Source of the DNA: Octopus sinensis
Lineage: Eukaryota
Direction of reading: 5' to 3'
DNA length: 49,986 bases
Assembly (NCBI RefSeq): GCF_006345805.1
Contig: NW_021834708.1
Span: forward strand, 1-49,986
Below are positions 1 through 11,395 of the stretch, in pieces (the stretch's first letter is position 1; each line of letters opens with the position of its first letter). The position numbers and the translations under genes were made by a program. The notes beneath the pieces were generated by a model. That model had not been told where the DNA came from. It was given only the letters and a program-made list of their open reading frames with translations, and did not search any database.

Positions 1-127
1 TACGCACGTACACACACACACTTATATATATACATACCTAAATAAATATTAAATTATACACGTATACGTATACATGCACATTAATACATTATATATTTAT
101 ACATGAATTATATATATACGCACGCAT

Positions 128-162
<35 letters not shown>

Positions 163-481
163 CGCACACATACACACACCCATATATATATATATATACA
201 TAGACACACATGTATATACAGACATATATACATATATATATATGCATATATATATATATATACATATATATGTATGTATTTTGAGGGACGCAATATATAT
301 ATATAAATATATAATACATATATAGACGCACACACACATATATACCTATATATATTCATGCTGCTATATACGTCTTATGTTTTGCACATCGCCACACGAT
401 CTCAAATGAGCTTACATATATACATATATATATATATATATGCATACACACATACATGTATATACCTATATATATATATAA

Positions 482-525
<44 letters not shown>

Positions 526-566
526 TATATATATAAATATATATCATATGTATATATATGTATATA

Positions 567-614
<48 letters not shown>

Positions 615-628
615 TATATATATATACA
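1..628. repeat. Compound (TA)n/(CA)n microsatellite
   Basis: Direct inspection; source of the YI/HT-repeat ORFs in the track. Confidence 0.95.
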
Positions 629-905
629 TGCTTTGTCGTTGGTCTTCAATTTCGTGAAGTTTGTCTTTTTAATGCTGTCAAAAATGTTTTCGTAACCATA
701 TGGTATTTGTGCAGTGTCGATACGCAAACATTCTAAATAAAGCATTTCGCAAATTTCCAAGCAGGTGTGGCTGCGTGGTTAAGAATTTTGTTTTGCATCT
801 CTGCGCTTTCGTGTTTCGTTCCACCACGCGGTACCATGGACAATGATTGCGCCTCAGTATGTATTTGGAGACAATGTGTATGTCTGTTGTGTGTGTGTGT
901 ATGTA

Positions 906-942
906 GGCATGAGAGTGGCTGTGTGGCAAGTAGCTTGCTCAC
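906..942 (+). mobile_element. SINE family A, truncated tRNA-like head
   Basis: ggcatgagagtggctgtgtggcaagtagcttgct matches the 5' end of full copies (e.g. 28035). Confidence 0.7.
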
Positions 943-1456
943 TAGTAAGTTGTTGACGATTTTTTTTTCTGCGCTGAGAAACTAACATCGTTTGACGTTG
1001 AAATTGAACATTTGAAGTACGACCACAGGTAAGGAGCTTAGTGAAGTCTGTTGTTCTATAATTAATAAGTTTTGTTGAGTAAGGGTCTCCACTGGGTTCC
1101 AGACATTTGCCTGCCTGTGGTCGTGCAAAAAGATTCACTTTGTAGTGAGAATTATTTTTCTGAGGGGGCATATCCTTATGTGACTTATGTTATGTGATTG
1201 TGTGCACTTCGTGGATTTTACCATTTGGAGTACAACCATAATTGGAGGAATTTTTTGCTGCTATTTTTGTGCTGCAAGGGATTTTTAACTGTGCTACAAA
1301 AGATTACCAGAGTTGAATTTTGTTGCCATTTGAACTGTCTTCTTTCGTTCTTTTTCTCGTCTGGCCTTCTGCTCTTTTTTTGTGTTTGCATTAGAGACTT
1401 TTATTTGAACATTTTTGATTTTGTTGTGGATTTTTCTATTTTAGTTTATTATATCA

Positions 1457-2385
1457 ATGGTAACCAAATGTAAGAAAGCCTTGGAGTGGCGAATTGTGGC
1501 ACCCAAGGAGTGGCTAAAAAACTATGATGAGAGAATGGTGGTGTTGCGGACCTATTGCAAGGTCCGCGACACCATCTGTGTATTCTCTCAAACTGAAATT
1601 GAAGAAGAGTTCATCCGTAGGGGTGCAAAGTACGCAACGGTGTGCGTGCTTTTCGACACCCCTACGGAGGCTCAGAAATTTGCGAGCCGACCTATAGATG
1701 GGAGGAAGATTTTGTTTCTCCCCACTTATGATGGGCGTAAATTGGCAAGAGCCTGGGTGTGTGGGCTGCCTCCCGGTATAGAGACTGAATAGATAGAAGA
1801 TTCTATCCGTCGAGGTGTGGGTGGTGGCTCTGCCAGGCTCTTGAACGTAAAGATACTGCCTGCGGTTTTGACCCTATGGAACCAATTACCATTCTTGACA
1901 ATGGCCGGTTCCAGGCACCCGGTGATTATTGAGGGACGCTCCCCCCCCCCCAAGTGTCGCCTGTGCCTGGAAACAGGGCACATGAAGAACTGTTGCCGGG
2001 ACCAGGCGAAGGTCCTGGAACAGTTGATTGATGACTGTAACCTCCTTGTTCCCCCAACGGAGCCTCCTGCTCCTTCATTGGAGGGAGAGAGGGAGAAAGT
2101 CGAGGAGGAGGTAACCTCCTCGAGAAAAGGTACTAAGAGAAAGAAGGTGGGCCACAATGGTCGCACATCGATGAACCCTGAGGTGGCGGGAGGGGAGGAG
2201 AGACCTCCGACATGTCGGAGGAACTCTAGCCTCCCGTCGCAAAGGGGAAAAAAGAAGAAACAGAAAAACGAGGCATTGCCGGCGACGGCATGTCCCGAAA
2301 TCCCTTCAGTGAGATGTGTGCCACCGGAGGGGAGGAGAAGGAAACCTTGTCAGTTGGATGTGTGCCACCGAGTGAGGTAGTTGAG
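1457..2385 (+). pseudogene. L1/Tx1-like LINE ORF1 (gag-like, RRM-like region plus CCHC zinc knuckle), one in-frame stop, 3' truncated
   Basis: ORFs 1457-1792 and 1817-2380 share a frame, separated only by TAG at 1790-1792. CRLCLETGHMKNCC fits CX2CX4HX4C, preceded by VIIEGR. No ORF2 follows. Clade assignment is from recalled family features. Confidence 0.7.
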
Positions 2386-2664
2386 GTCCCTCTCAATGAA
2401 AGGGTAGACGAACATCACAAAGCTGTGACACGAGGAGATATTGATAAATCGGGTATAGCCGATCATGTATGGAAAAGTGGAGACCACCTTCCCCTGTAGG
2501 ATGAAGTTAAAATAACAGAGAGAGAACACCAGTGGAAAATACGAAAACTAAATGAAGCAGCACATATGCTAGGACACAACAACCTCCTAAGCAGACCGAG
2601 TGCAGATATGAACAGCATATGGGAACCGGTATTAAGGAAGGATAGGAGAATATTAGATGTATAA
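2386..2664 (+). pseudogene. Penelope-like element, C-terminus of GIY-YIG endonuclease
   Basis: Frame reads LNERVDEHHKAVTRGDIDKSGIADHVWKSGDHLPL*DEVKITEREHQWKIRKLNEAAHMLGHNNLLSRPSADMNSIWEPVL, the typical R..EH...S..A.H..H..W..V....RK..EA pattern of PLE C-termini. Confidence 0.8.
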
Positions 2665-2687
2665 GCCATAAAATTCAATCCATAATT

Positions 2688-2790
2688 GCCCACGGGTATA
2701 TGGCGTAGTGGTTAATAGGAGGACTACTAACACCAAGATTCCGAGTTCGATTCCAGTGACCTGAATAATAAGAATAATAATAATAATAAT
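2688..2790 (+). mobile_element. Short tRNA-derived SINE with (AAT)n tail
   Basis: A box tggcgtagtggt 2701-2712, B box gagttcgattcc 2743-2754, followed by an AAT repeat tail. Confidence 0.65.
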
Positions 2791-2861
2791 GATGATGATA
2801 ATGAAAACAACAACAACGAAAAGTAAACGTAAATAATGTAAATAATGTACATAATATATGT

Positions 2862-3046
2862 ATGTATATATTTGTGTGTCAGTGTTTGTCCCTCCAATGT
2901 CGATTGACAACTGACCTATGTTGGTGTGTTCACGGCCCTGGCAAAAGTGACCAATAGAATAAGTACTAAGCTGGGGTCGATGTCTTCAACTAAAAGGTGG
3001 TATTCCAGCATGGCCGCAGTCAAATGACTGAATCAAATAAAAAGAA
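2862..3046 (+). mobile_element. SINE family A, 3' half (diverged)
   Basis: Ends ggtggtattccagcatggccgcagtcaaatgactgaatcaaataaaaag. Confidence 0.85.
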
Positions 3047-3269
3047 GTTTATATCAGTATGTATAACTTGGAAGCTGAAATTACCCTTGGCAGTTATTCC
3101 GTGTCTTTTGGCCCTGATCTAATGCATGTATAGTCAGTATTCATAAAAATTCATTGAAAAAATACACTGTCATTTATCAAAAAAAGCAAAGTATCAAAAG
3201 GAAAACTCCCACTACGATGTTCAGTAGTGTCTGTATTTGACGCAAGGCCTTTATTTTATCGTCCTTCTT

Positions 3270-4260
3270 TTGCATGCCTGTGAGAACATATTGAATAAAG
3301 AGGAAATAGATGAAAAACGCAACTACTGTTTCATAATGGATGGACAACTGTAGCTCACCTTATAACTATTCCTATTGAAGAATTTGTGATGTCTATCATT
3401 AGGAGGAAAATACCTACCTAGTTGATATTGGAAAGAACGGGCAATATTATAGTTAACATTTAAAGTATATAGTGGGTGATACCACATAATTTTGCGGTTG
3501 CCAGTGTTATGCATACCGTAAATCCTCGGCATTTAAAGGTCAAAATCCCTAGTGCGTAGTATATACGAGTTTAAAAATGAAAAATATTTTCTAAACAATG
3601 TCCGAGTCTCTATTTGCTTTCCAGCAATGTTTATTCAGACGCATTTTGTGATGTCGAGCACGAAAATACCTTAAGCTAAGCCTGAAAGCAACGAAGTCAT
3701 AAAAGAATCATCCATAACTTGCAGTAAACAACATTTATTAAAATAAAAGTATTCAGGACGCAGAATAACATGCAGCAAAAACAATTTGCAAACATATTTA
3801 CATTCCCATATAACAGTTAAGAACATCACCATTATTGTATTACGCATGTGCGGAAGTGTTTGTTCGACTAGGTGCTGTTGGCTTAATTACGCACGACTCA
3901 AGTTAGAGAAGAGGTGCATATAATACACAAGGTTTAGGTTTTTCAGAGGTACAGCCACCTAAAAATCCCCTGCGTATTATACACAAGGGCGGACTATACT
4001 CAAGGATTTACAGTATTAATGATAGCGTTACTCTGTCGGAGTATATATTGTACATTTTCTAGAAAACGTTCATGTCTAGAGAAGTTCCATTGCAATACTC
4101 TGCAGAAATATTTAGTAATTATTCAATGGAAGATTTCTTGCAAATCTTTTTATGAATATAACCAAGTAAACTTCTCAGAATGACTGGGAATTATGCAGTT
4201 TTTGGTGAAGATCAATGTTCTGTTTTAGGGTTAAACCTAATAAATTTAGTAAATGCATTT
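3270..4260 (-). pseudogene. Penelope-like (Naiad-type) RT thumb/linker relic, interrupted by a MITE
   Basis: Minus strand NRKIMWYHPLYTLNVNYNIARSFQYQLGRYFPPNDRHHKFFNRNSYKVSYSC resembles RKIIWFNPP..HKIFNRNT.KVSYSC. Beyond the MITE, PVILRSLLGYIHKKICKKSSIE*LLNISAEY resembles HPP.I...I..R...SS.E..F. The distal part is weakly supported. Confidence 0.65.
3516..4013. mobile_element. Tc1/mariner-superfamily (Tc2/pogo-like) MITE
   Basis: TA|CCGTAAATCCTCG at 3514-3528 and CAAGGATTTACAG|TA at 4001-4015: imperfect 13-bp TIR with TA TSD. Confidence 0.6.
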
Positions 4261-4682
4261 ATTAAAGTTCTGAAATACAATGTGAAGAAGGGACGTGAAG
4301 TATTTTGCCCTTCATTCATTTTAATAACTGGAGCTAAATGTTTTGAATAACTATTAATGAAATTGTATCTGTTAGATCAAAGCCCGCAATGTTTTCGTAA
4401 TGTTACTGGGAAGTAAGGTAGTGTATTTATTTACCAAACTATCAGATTTTCTTCAGTTTCTCTCGAAGAGAGTATGATCGAAAAGAGTTTCGGAAATGCC
4501 TTAAGTAAAGTGTGTTAAAAGGTATGAGAATATTTCTTGGACATTTTCATTTTTGAAAATTAAAATCAGGAAGTCAATTTCAAATACTTCTAGTGCATTG
4601 ATATTTTTGTCGTTTAAAAATCGAATGTCATTTCTGAAAATTATTAGGATGATACTTCTCAAAGAAAGTGCTTCCCGACATA

Positions 4683-4836
4683 TGTATATGTGTATCTGTG
4701 TATATTTGCATATATACATAAATACATACATACATATATAATATATATATTATATATATATAGATATATATATATATATATAATATTAAATATATATATA
4801 TTTATATATATATATATATACACACATACATACATA

Positions 4837-4875
<39 letters not shown>

Positions 4876-4876
4876 T

Positions 4877-4919
<43 letters not shown>

Positions 4920-4970
4920 ATATATATATAATAATATATATATATTATATATATATATATCAATATATCT
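4683..4970. repeat. (TA)n microsatellite tract
   Basis: Direct inspection. Confidence 0.95.
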
Positions 4971-5129
4971 GTCTTTCTCTATTTATATATAGTTAAATCA
5001 ATGGGTTGATCGAGAAATAGATATGTATATGCAGCATATGAATATTGACATTACACAAACGTATGTTCGGATATATGTATGCATATATGTATGCATATGT
5101 ATGTTTGTGTGTATAAGTGTATGCGGACG

Positions 5130-5650
5130 CCTTCTTATGCATATTGGACGAAGGCGTTGTTTTACCTATCCTGGACTTGCCTTCAACTTTTGCATAACCC
5201 TGGTCGGATATACAACTTCTGAGATACGTAAACCTGTCGACGTACTCAGTTTCACTTTGTCCAAGATTCACAAGTTGTGTTTGTGCTCCTGCAGTTCACA
5301 CAACTTTGGTCTTTCCAGTATTAATCCGCAGACGGGGTTTCGCTCCCAAACTATACCGGCTATCTGTCATGGCCCGCAGCGTATCTCTGTCTAAGATTAG
5401 TAACTCTAATCCATTTGCAAACTCCAAATCCGTCAACTTGCTTAGTCCTCGTTATTCCGAAACTGGTTGTCGACATCGCTTTCTGTATGGAGAAAGCAAT
5501 TTGTATGAAAGATACGGCGACAAGATGCAAGACTGTTTCAATACGGTAGCAATTTCGACCATGCCAATGGTTCCTCTGCTGGTCTTCAAGTATAACTGCG
5601 AGTTCCTTTGTAGAAATATAAAGCGCTTCATTCAAATGCTTGGGATCCTA
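5130..5650 (-). pseudogene. RTE-clade LINE reverse transcriptase relic
   Basis: Minus strand motifs LKQSCILSPYL (QGCILSP-like), TDLEFANGLEL (decayed DL.FADD) and EYVDRFTYLRSCISDQG...KSRIGK. Confidence 0.8.
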
Positions 5651-5837
5651 TAAACTCTCAAGGTATGTATATGTGTTTGTGTGCGTATGTGCGCGCGCGT
5701 CTGTTTATATATGTATGTGTATGCATATACATAATATATATATATATACATAAATAAATATATATATATATATACATAGATATATATACACACACATACG
5801 TATATATATATATACACATACACACACACGTATATTA

Positions 5838-5877
<40 letters not shown>

Positions 5878-5959
5878 TATATGTATTTAAATACATATAG
5901 CTATCTCTATCTATCTTTCTCTCAATGCATATAGTATATATACATACGTATATATATAT

Positions 5960-5992
<33 letters not shown>

Positions 5993-6329
5993 ATATATTA
6001 TAATATATATATATTTGTTATATATATGCACACACAGATTCATACACCACACCGTAGACACACACATATATGTATGTGCACCTACGCACATATATATTGT
6101 TCCTCTCTTATTATTTCTTTATTACGCATTACATAACTTTTTGCAATTATTTTAAGAAAAAAAAACTAAAATAGAATGTAAAAATGACAACACAATATCT
6201 AGATTGAAAATAATTCACTTCAAGTATTCATTATCATCTATCGATTATTGCTTTGTAATCTCTTGACAAAAATCGAAGCAATACTACCACAACCAATAAG
6301 ATTACTATCATTTCTACTATAATCAGTAT

Positions 6330-6625
6330 CGTGGGGGCACATGGTCTGGTGGTTAGAGTAGCGGACTCACAGTCGAGGGATCGCGTGTTTTAATCTCAGA
6401 CCGGGCGATGTGTGTGTTAATGAGCGAAACACCTAAGGTCCACGCTGCTCCGGTTGAAGGTAATGGCGAACTTCTGCTAACGCTTTCGCCACAACCTTCC
6501 CTCAATTTTTCCCTCCTGCATCTTGCAGCTCACCGGCGTCCCGTCCAAGTGGGGAACCTATACGCCAAGGAAACCGGGAAACCGGCCCTTATGAGCCAGG
6601 CATGGCTCGAGAAGGAACAAACAAC
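6330..6625 (+). mobile_element. tRNA-headed SINE (family B) with 11-bp TSD
   Basis: A-box-like tggtctggtggtt; tail ...gagccaggcatggctcgagaaggaacaaacaac; TSD ataatcagtat at 6319-6329 and 6626-6636. Confidence 0.9.
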
Positions 6626-6803
6626 ATAATCAGTATTATCATAATTCCCATCTCCACCAATTCTAACAATATACCAACAGACCCACAACCACTAACACCA
6701 CGAGCACCAACTTCTATACCTCTGTAACCACTACAAGCGCTTACTAACATCTTCTTGCATACGAACTTTGAAATACACACACACATACACACACACCACA
6801 CAC

Positions 6804-6862
<59 letters not shown>

Positions 6863-6970
6863 TATACAAATTAGAGACAAAACCACTATTATGCAAATCA
6901 AACAAAGAAAGACTTAATCCAATACATAAATTAATTTATACAATTTAGAAATTTAACAATTATTAATATT

Positions 6971-7032
6971 CACTACGATCGTTTCATGTCTTCTTTTCAT
7001 CATATCTTTGAGTAGTAGACATTCTTCAGGTG
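6971..7032 (-). ncRNA. Minimal type I hammerhead ribozyme motif with canonical core, in a pLTR-like unit (about 6862-7045)
   Basis: Minus strand: cac-CUGAAGA-augucu(25-nt loop)agacau-GAAA-cgauc-GUA-gug. Perfect 6-bp stem II, palindromic cgatcg in stem III, only 3-bp stem I. Confidence 0.7.
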
Positions 7033-7060
7033 GTTTCAAATATGACTTATATATATATAT

Positions 7061-8140
7061 GACTTAGATAACTTAGATATGCTTCAACCAAAGATTGGCT
7101 CAGGCCATGTCTAACATAATAGCACCACCTGATAGGATTTGGTAAATCGTTTTTAAGTCAAGTTTTGTGTTATCATGGCCCATTCGAGTAAGGAGTTCTT
7201 GCCGAGTAGTTGTATCCAGGTATAGGGGGCTTATCTGGAATCCTTTGAAAATGATTTTACACATTCCGTTTAAAGGGGATGGGACACTTTTCTTCTTTGA
7301 TCTGTTTTGGAACAATGTTAAATAGGGCTGCACCTGTTGAGAAAAAGAAGTTGTGTTGCAGTGAAATTAACGTGTTGTGAAATCTTGAGTTGGGTAGGGC
7401 ACGTATGGACCCGTGATCCTATCCTTGGATGAATTATAAAATTAATGTTGCGGTCGTTTGGGCACTGCTGGTGGTATATTCTCCACATCGTGCAAAGGAT
7501 GTATTGCTCACGACGGCACTGGAGAGAATGGGGTTTCAATGCTTTAAGGCGGTCCCAATAATCAAGATCAGTTCTGCCCTTAATTCTTTTAATGAATGCC
7601 CTCTGGAGTTATTCAATTTTAGTAATGTTTCGTTTTGTGGGGAGAGACCACAAGGAGCAGCAATATTCGAGGTGTGGCTGTACAAACATTTTTTCACGCT
7701 AAGAGTTGCTGAAGCATGGAACAAACTGCCGGCTTCAGTTGTTAGTTGTCGGAGCACTGCATCCTTCAAAACTTCCATGCTTCTTGAGATTCGCCAACAC
7801 TACACCAGGTTTTATCCCCTCCATACACACGCAAGCATCTATCTGACTCATACACTGTTCACTTCCCAGACATTTGTACATTACTGCATATGCTTTATAC
7901 GCACTTTTGACAAGTTGTGGTGCACCTGAGCAATGTGTACAATAATTTCATTATTATTATTATTATTAAAGAAGGAGAAAAGAGGAATGATGATATCTTG
8001 TTCTCTGGACTGGAAGGATGTTAGGATCTAGGAGCTCATTCTACGAGCTATATCGACCTTATTGTTGATGTGGGCACTCCAGCTGAGATTGTTGCCAACA
8101 ATTATTCCTAGGTCTCTGATATTATTAGACGTTGACCGGA
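7061..8140 (-). pseudogene. CR1-clade LINE 3' end (family 1), split by a nested insertion
   Basis: Minus strand RDLGIIVGNNLSWSAHINNKVDIARRMSS*IL..IIPLFSFF | VQPHLEYCCSLWS..DYWDRLKAL..LQCRREQY..GAALFNIVPK..IPDKP; tail ggtggtgct..catggcc..tgaagcatatctaagttatctaag. Confidence 0.85.
7687..7967 (+). mobile_element. CR1-clade LINE 3' end (family 2) nested in family 1
   Basis: HFFTLRVAEAWNKLPASVVSCRSTASFK (CR1 C-terminal motif), 3' UTR and (ATT)n tail; AAA at 7684-7686 and 7968-7970. Confidence 0.85.
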
Positions 8141-8830
8141 TGGATTCTTAGAACTTTTAGCACGAGAGATGATCAAGAAAACAAGATGGTCCTCTGGAGG
8201 ACATTTGTCCTAAGTCGCTTTGACTGTTGCTCCCAGCTATAGTCACCAGCCAGTGTAAAATTAATTGCAGAACTTGAGGCAATCCAACGAAGCTACACGA
8301 AGAAGATAACCTCTATGCAGCTTATAAGCTACTGGGAAAGACTCAAGGGATCGAGACTCTATTCTCTACAAAGTAGGCGGGTAGGTAAGTGTACCATAAT
8401 ATACATCTGGAAGATTCTAGAGGGACTTTCTCAAACTTTGGTATCGAGAGTTACACTAATGCTAGAACAGGGTGTCATTGCATTGCGCCAAAGACTCCAG
8501 CTTTGCCATCAAGGTATAAGACAAGATATTGCAACAGTCTGGGCTTTAAAGGCCCACAGCTCTTCAATATCCTCCCAAAGGACCTGAGAGATCTACATGG
8601 GGTGGATGTGTCTTCAAAACGAAACTAGACCTCTTACAGGCAAGTGTCCAAAACGAACCAACTTCACAGTAGGAAGTATAGATGCGGACAGCGGCATCAA
8701 ACTCGGTCATGCACCAAACGGCAATTTCTAAAAAGAATTAGTGAAGTAAAATTACGTAGCAACATCAAATGGCGGTGCCCCAGCATGGCCACAGCTCATT
8801 AACTGAAACTAGGTAAAATGAAATGAAATC
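8135..8830 (+). pseudogene. CR1-clade LINE 3' end (family 3) including 3' UTR and tail
   Basis: GWILRTF..LWRTFVLSRFDCCSQL*SP..ELEAIQRSYTKKI..YWERLK..YSLQSRR..IYIWKILEG..GPQLFNILPKDLR; ends ggcggtgccccagcatggccacagctcattaactgaaactaggtaaaatgaaatgaaat. Confidence 0.85.
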
Positions 8831-8865
8831 AAAATATATATATTCGTATATGTATATATATATAT

Positions 8866-8925
8866 ATATATAACGGGAAGCTTTATGAAAATAAACAAAA
8901 GACGAAGCAGGTGGAGACAAACTAC
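8866..8925 (-). mobile_element. pLTR-like unit (family E) fragment, inverted relative to 9040-9205
   Basis: Reverse complement ccacctgcttcgtcttttgtttattttcataaagcttcccg resembles ccacctggtcttcgtctttgttttcttcgtaaactctcg at about 9163-9201. Confidence 0.6.
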
Positions 8926-8935
8926 AATTACATAC

Positions 8936-8999
<64 letters not shown>

Positions 9000-9039
9000 A
9001 TTTGTGTATGTATGTATGTATATAATAGATCGTAGCCAC

Positions 9040-9205
9040 TACACACACATTTTTTTTCTCTCCTTATTTTTTCTGTGTCCTTCTGTAGAAGAGAGTAGGC
9101 TCGAAACGTAAAAGAATTTTCTATTCCTGAGTGTTATACTCATACATCTGTTTGTTTGTGCACCACCTGGTCTTCGTCTTTGTTTTCTTCGTAAACTCTC
9201 GCTAT
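9040..9205 (+). mobile_element. pLTR-like unit (family E) with hammerhead-like motif 9078-9114
   Basis: CTGTAGA 9083-9089, GAAA 9103-9106, C-GTA 9107-9110; homologous to 18018-18175 and 18330-18495. Confidence 0.65.
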
Positions 9206-9554
9206 ATATATATATATAGATATATATATCTATATATATATATATATATATATAGATATATATATGCGTGGTAATGTTCCTTATGTACGTACGTATATAA
9301 ATTTTTTTCTAGAATTAGTCAGTGTCTTTTTATACAAACACTTGCACACATGTGACACCCACCACCTCTACCACCACCACACACGTATATCACCTGTATG
9401 TCTATATCAGTTTTAATGGAATATATTATTATTTTATTATTTGACACGATTCATAGTGAATTGACTTACTGACTTCAAGTTCCCTTTACTCACCTGTGTT
9501 GACGAGTACCGAAGCGATAGGAAATTATTTCACAATATATATGCGAATGTGCTT

Positions 9555-9568
9555 GTGCGTGTGTGTAA

Positions 9569-9625
<57 letters not shown>

Positions 9626-9639
9626 GTATATATATATAG

Positions 9640-9676
<37 letters not shown>

Positions 9677-9699
9677 ATATACATATGTATATATACATG

Positions 9700-9745
<46 letters not shown>

Positions 9746-9925
9746 TATATCTATATATATATATATGTCTATATACCTACTATATATATATATATGTTTA
9801 TATATCTAAAGAAATATATATTTATATGAACATACATACATACATATATATATATGTATGTTTATATATATATCATACATATATATAAATACATTATACA
9901 CACACACACACACACATACATATAT
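9555..9925. repeat. (TA)n/(CA)n microsatellite tract
   Basis: Direct inspection. Confidence 0.95.
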
Positions 9926-10059
9926 AATGAAGGAATGAATATGACAATGCTGATTTTTTTATCTGCAGTGCCCCGCCAAAATATTTCACACGCAAAATAT
10001 AAATCTTGAATACTTTGGCAGAAAGTTCCAGAATTTCATCATCATCATCATCATCATCA

Positions 10060-10113
<54 letters not shown>

Positions 10114-10699
10114 CATCATCATCATCATTATTATTTTTCGTTCTCTTCTTAGTTCTTTCTCCCTGCAATAAGTTTTTTCTTTCATTCCTTCACTATTCCT
10201 CTAAATTATTCATCGTGTACTTTTTTTTTCACTTGTGCTTCACCTCCAATATACTGTCAATTTTTATTTGTCTTTTCTTTTCTCTACCTTTCTTTAATTT
10301 GCATGCTTTCTTTTTCTTAATATACATGTGTGTATGAGCGAGCGAGCGAGAGAGAGAGAGAGAGAGAGAGAGTGAAAGAAAGAAAGAGTTTGTGTCAGCG
10401 TCCGTGTGTTTGTGTGTATAAGCGTTTGTACATTTTATTTTTTTTACAAAAAATATTTTTTTAATGTTTTCTCTAAGCCCAAGCACTTTTCCAAAAGAAT
10501 ATGTCCATTAGTTTTTTGAACCGTGACACATAAAACACCTTTCATTAGCCATTTTTATTACTTGTATATGTGTTTCATTTGCTTCTATGTCTTTGGGTTT
10601 AATGTTTGCTTTCATGTTTGTGTTTTCTTTAAAGCTACTTAGCATACGACTATTTCCTCCCATAAAACACTGCGCTAACAACCACATACACACATGCAT

Positions 10700-10731
10700 C
10701 CATCCATGCATACACACACACACATGTATAT

Positions 10732-10788
<57 letters not shown>

Positions 10789-10958
10789 CACACATACATA
10801 CGTACATATACCTGCTTGCATACATATATATATATACTACCTGCATAGATACTTACATATAATATAAACATACATACATGCAAACACACACACACATATA
10901 TATATTAGCATCCTATGCGTGCATATATACATACAAACAATATAAGTATATATATATA

Positions 10959-11029
<71 letters not shown>

Positions 11030-11356
11030 GTATGTATGTATATATATATATACCTATATATGTATGTATATACGTAGTAATGATATATAGTAGGTGTGCG
11101 CATATATATACATATTCAACTATAAACACGTGCACATCTATATGTTAATTTGATGCGTATGCGTGTGCGTACGTGTGTGTGTGTGTGGGGGGTGCATGTG
11201 TGTATTTGTGCGTGTGTGTGTGTTTGTATATTTGTGCACGCGGTTGAGTATGGATGTGCGCTTGCGTGCGTGTGTGTCTGATTTTGTGTGCTCGCATCTG
11301 CATGTGGGTATGCGCGTCTATTTGTTTTTGTGTGTGTATGATTACGTGTGTGTGTA

Positions 11357-11390
<34 letters not shown>

Positions 11391-11395
11391 GATAT
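10700..11395. repeat. (TA)n followed by degenerate (TG)n tract
   Basis: Direct inspection. Confidence 0.9.

Noticed and set aside
89-736. YI/CV/HT dipeptide ORFs here and throughout the window
   Set aside because: Products of (TA)n and (CA)n repeats.
2688-2760. Possible tRNA gene (and similar heads at 6330, 21244, 28035, 49976)
   Set aside because: A and B boxes are present but I could not form a full cloverleaf; each continues into a SINE body or tail.
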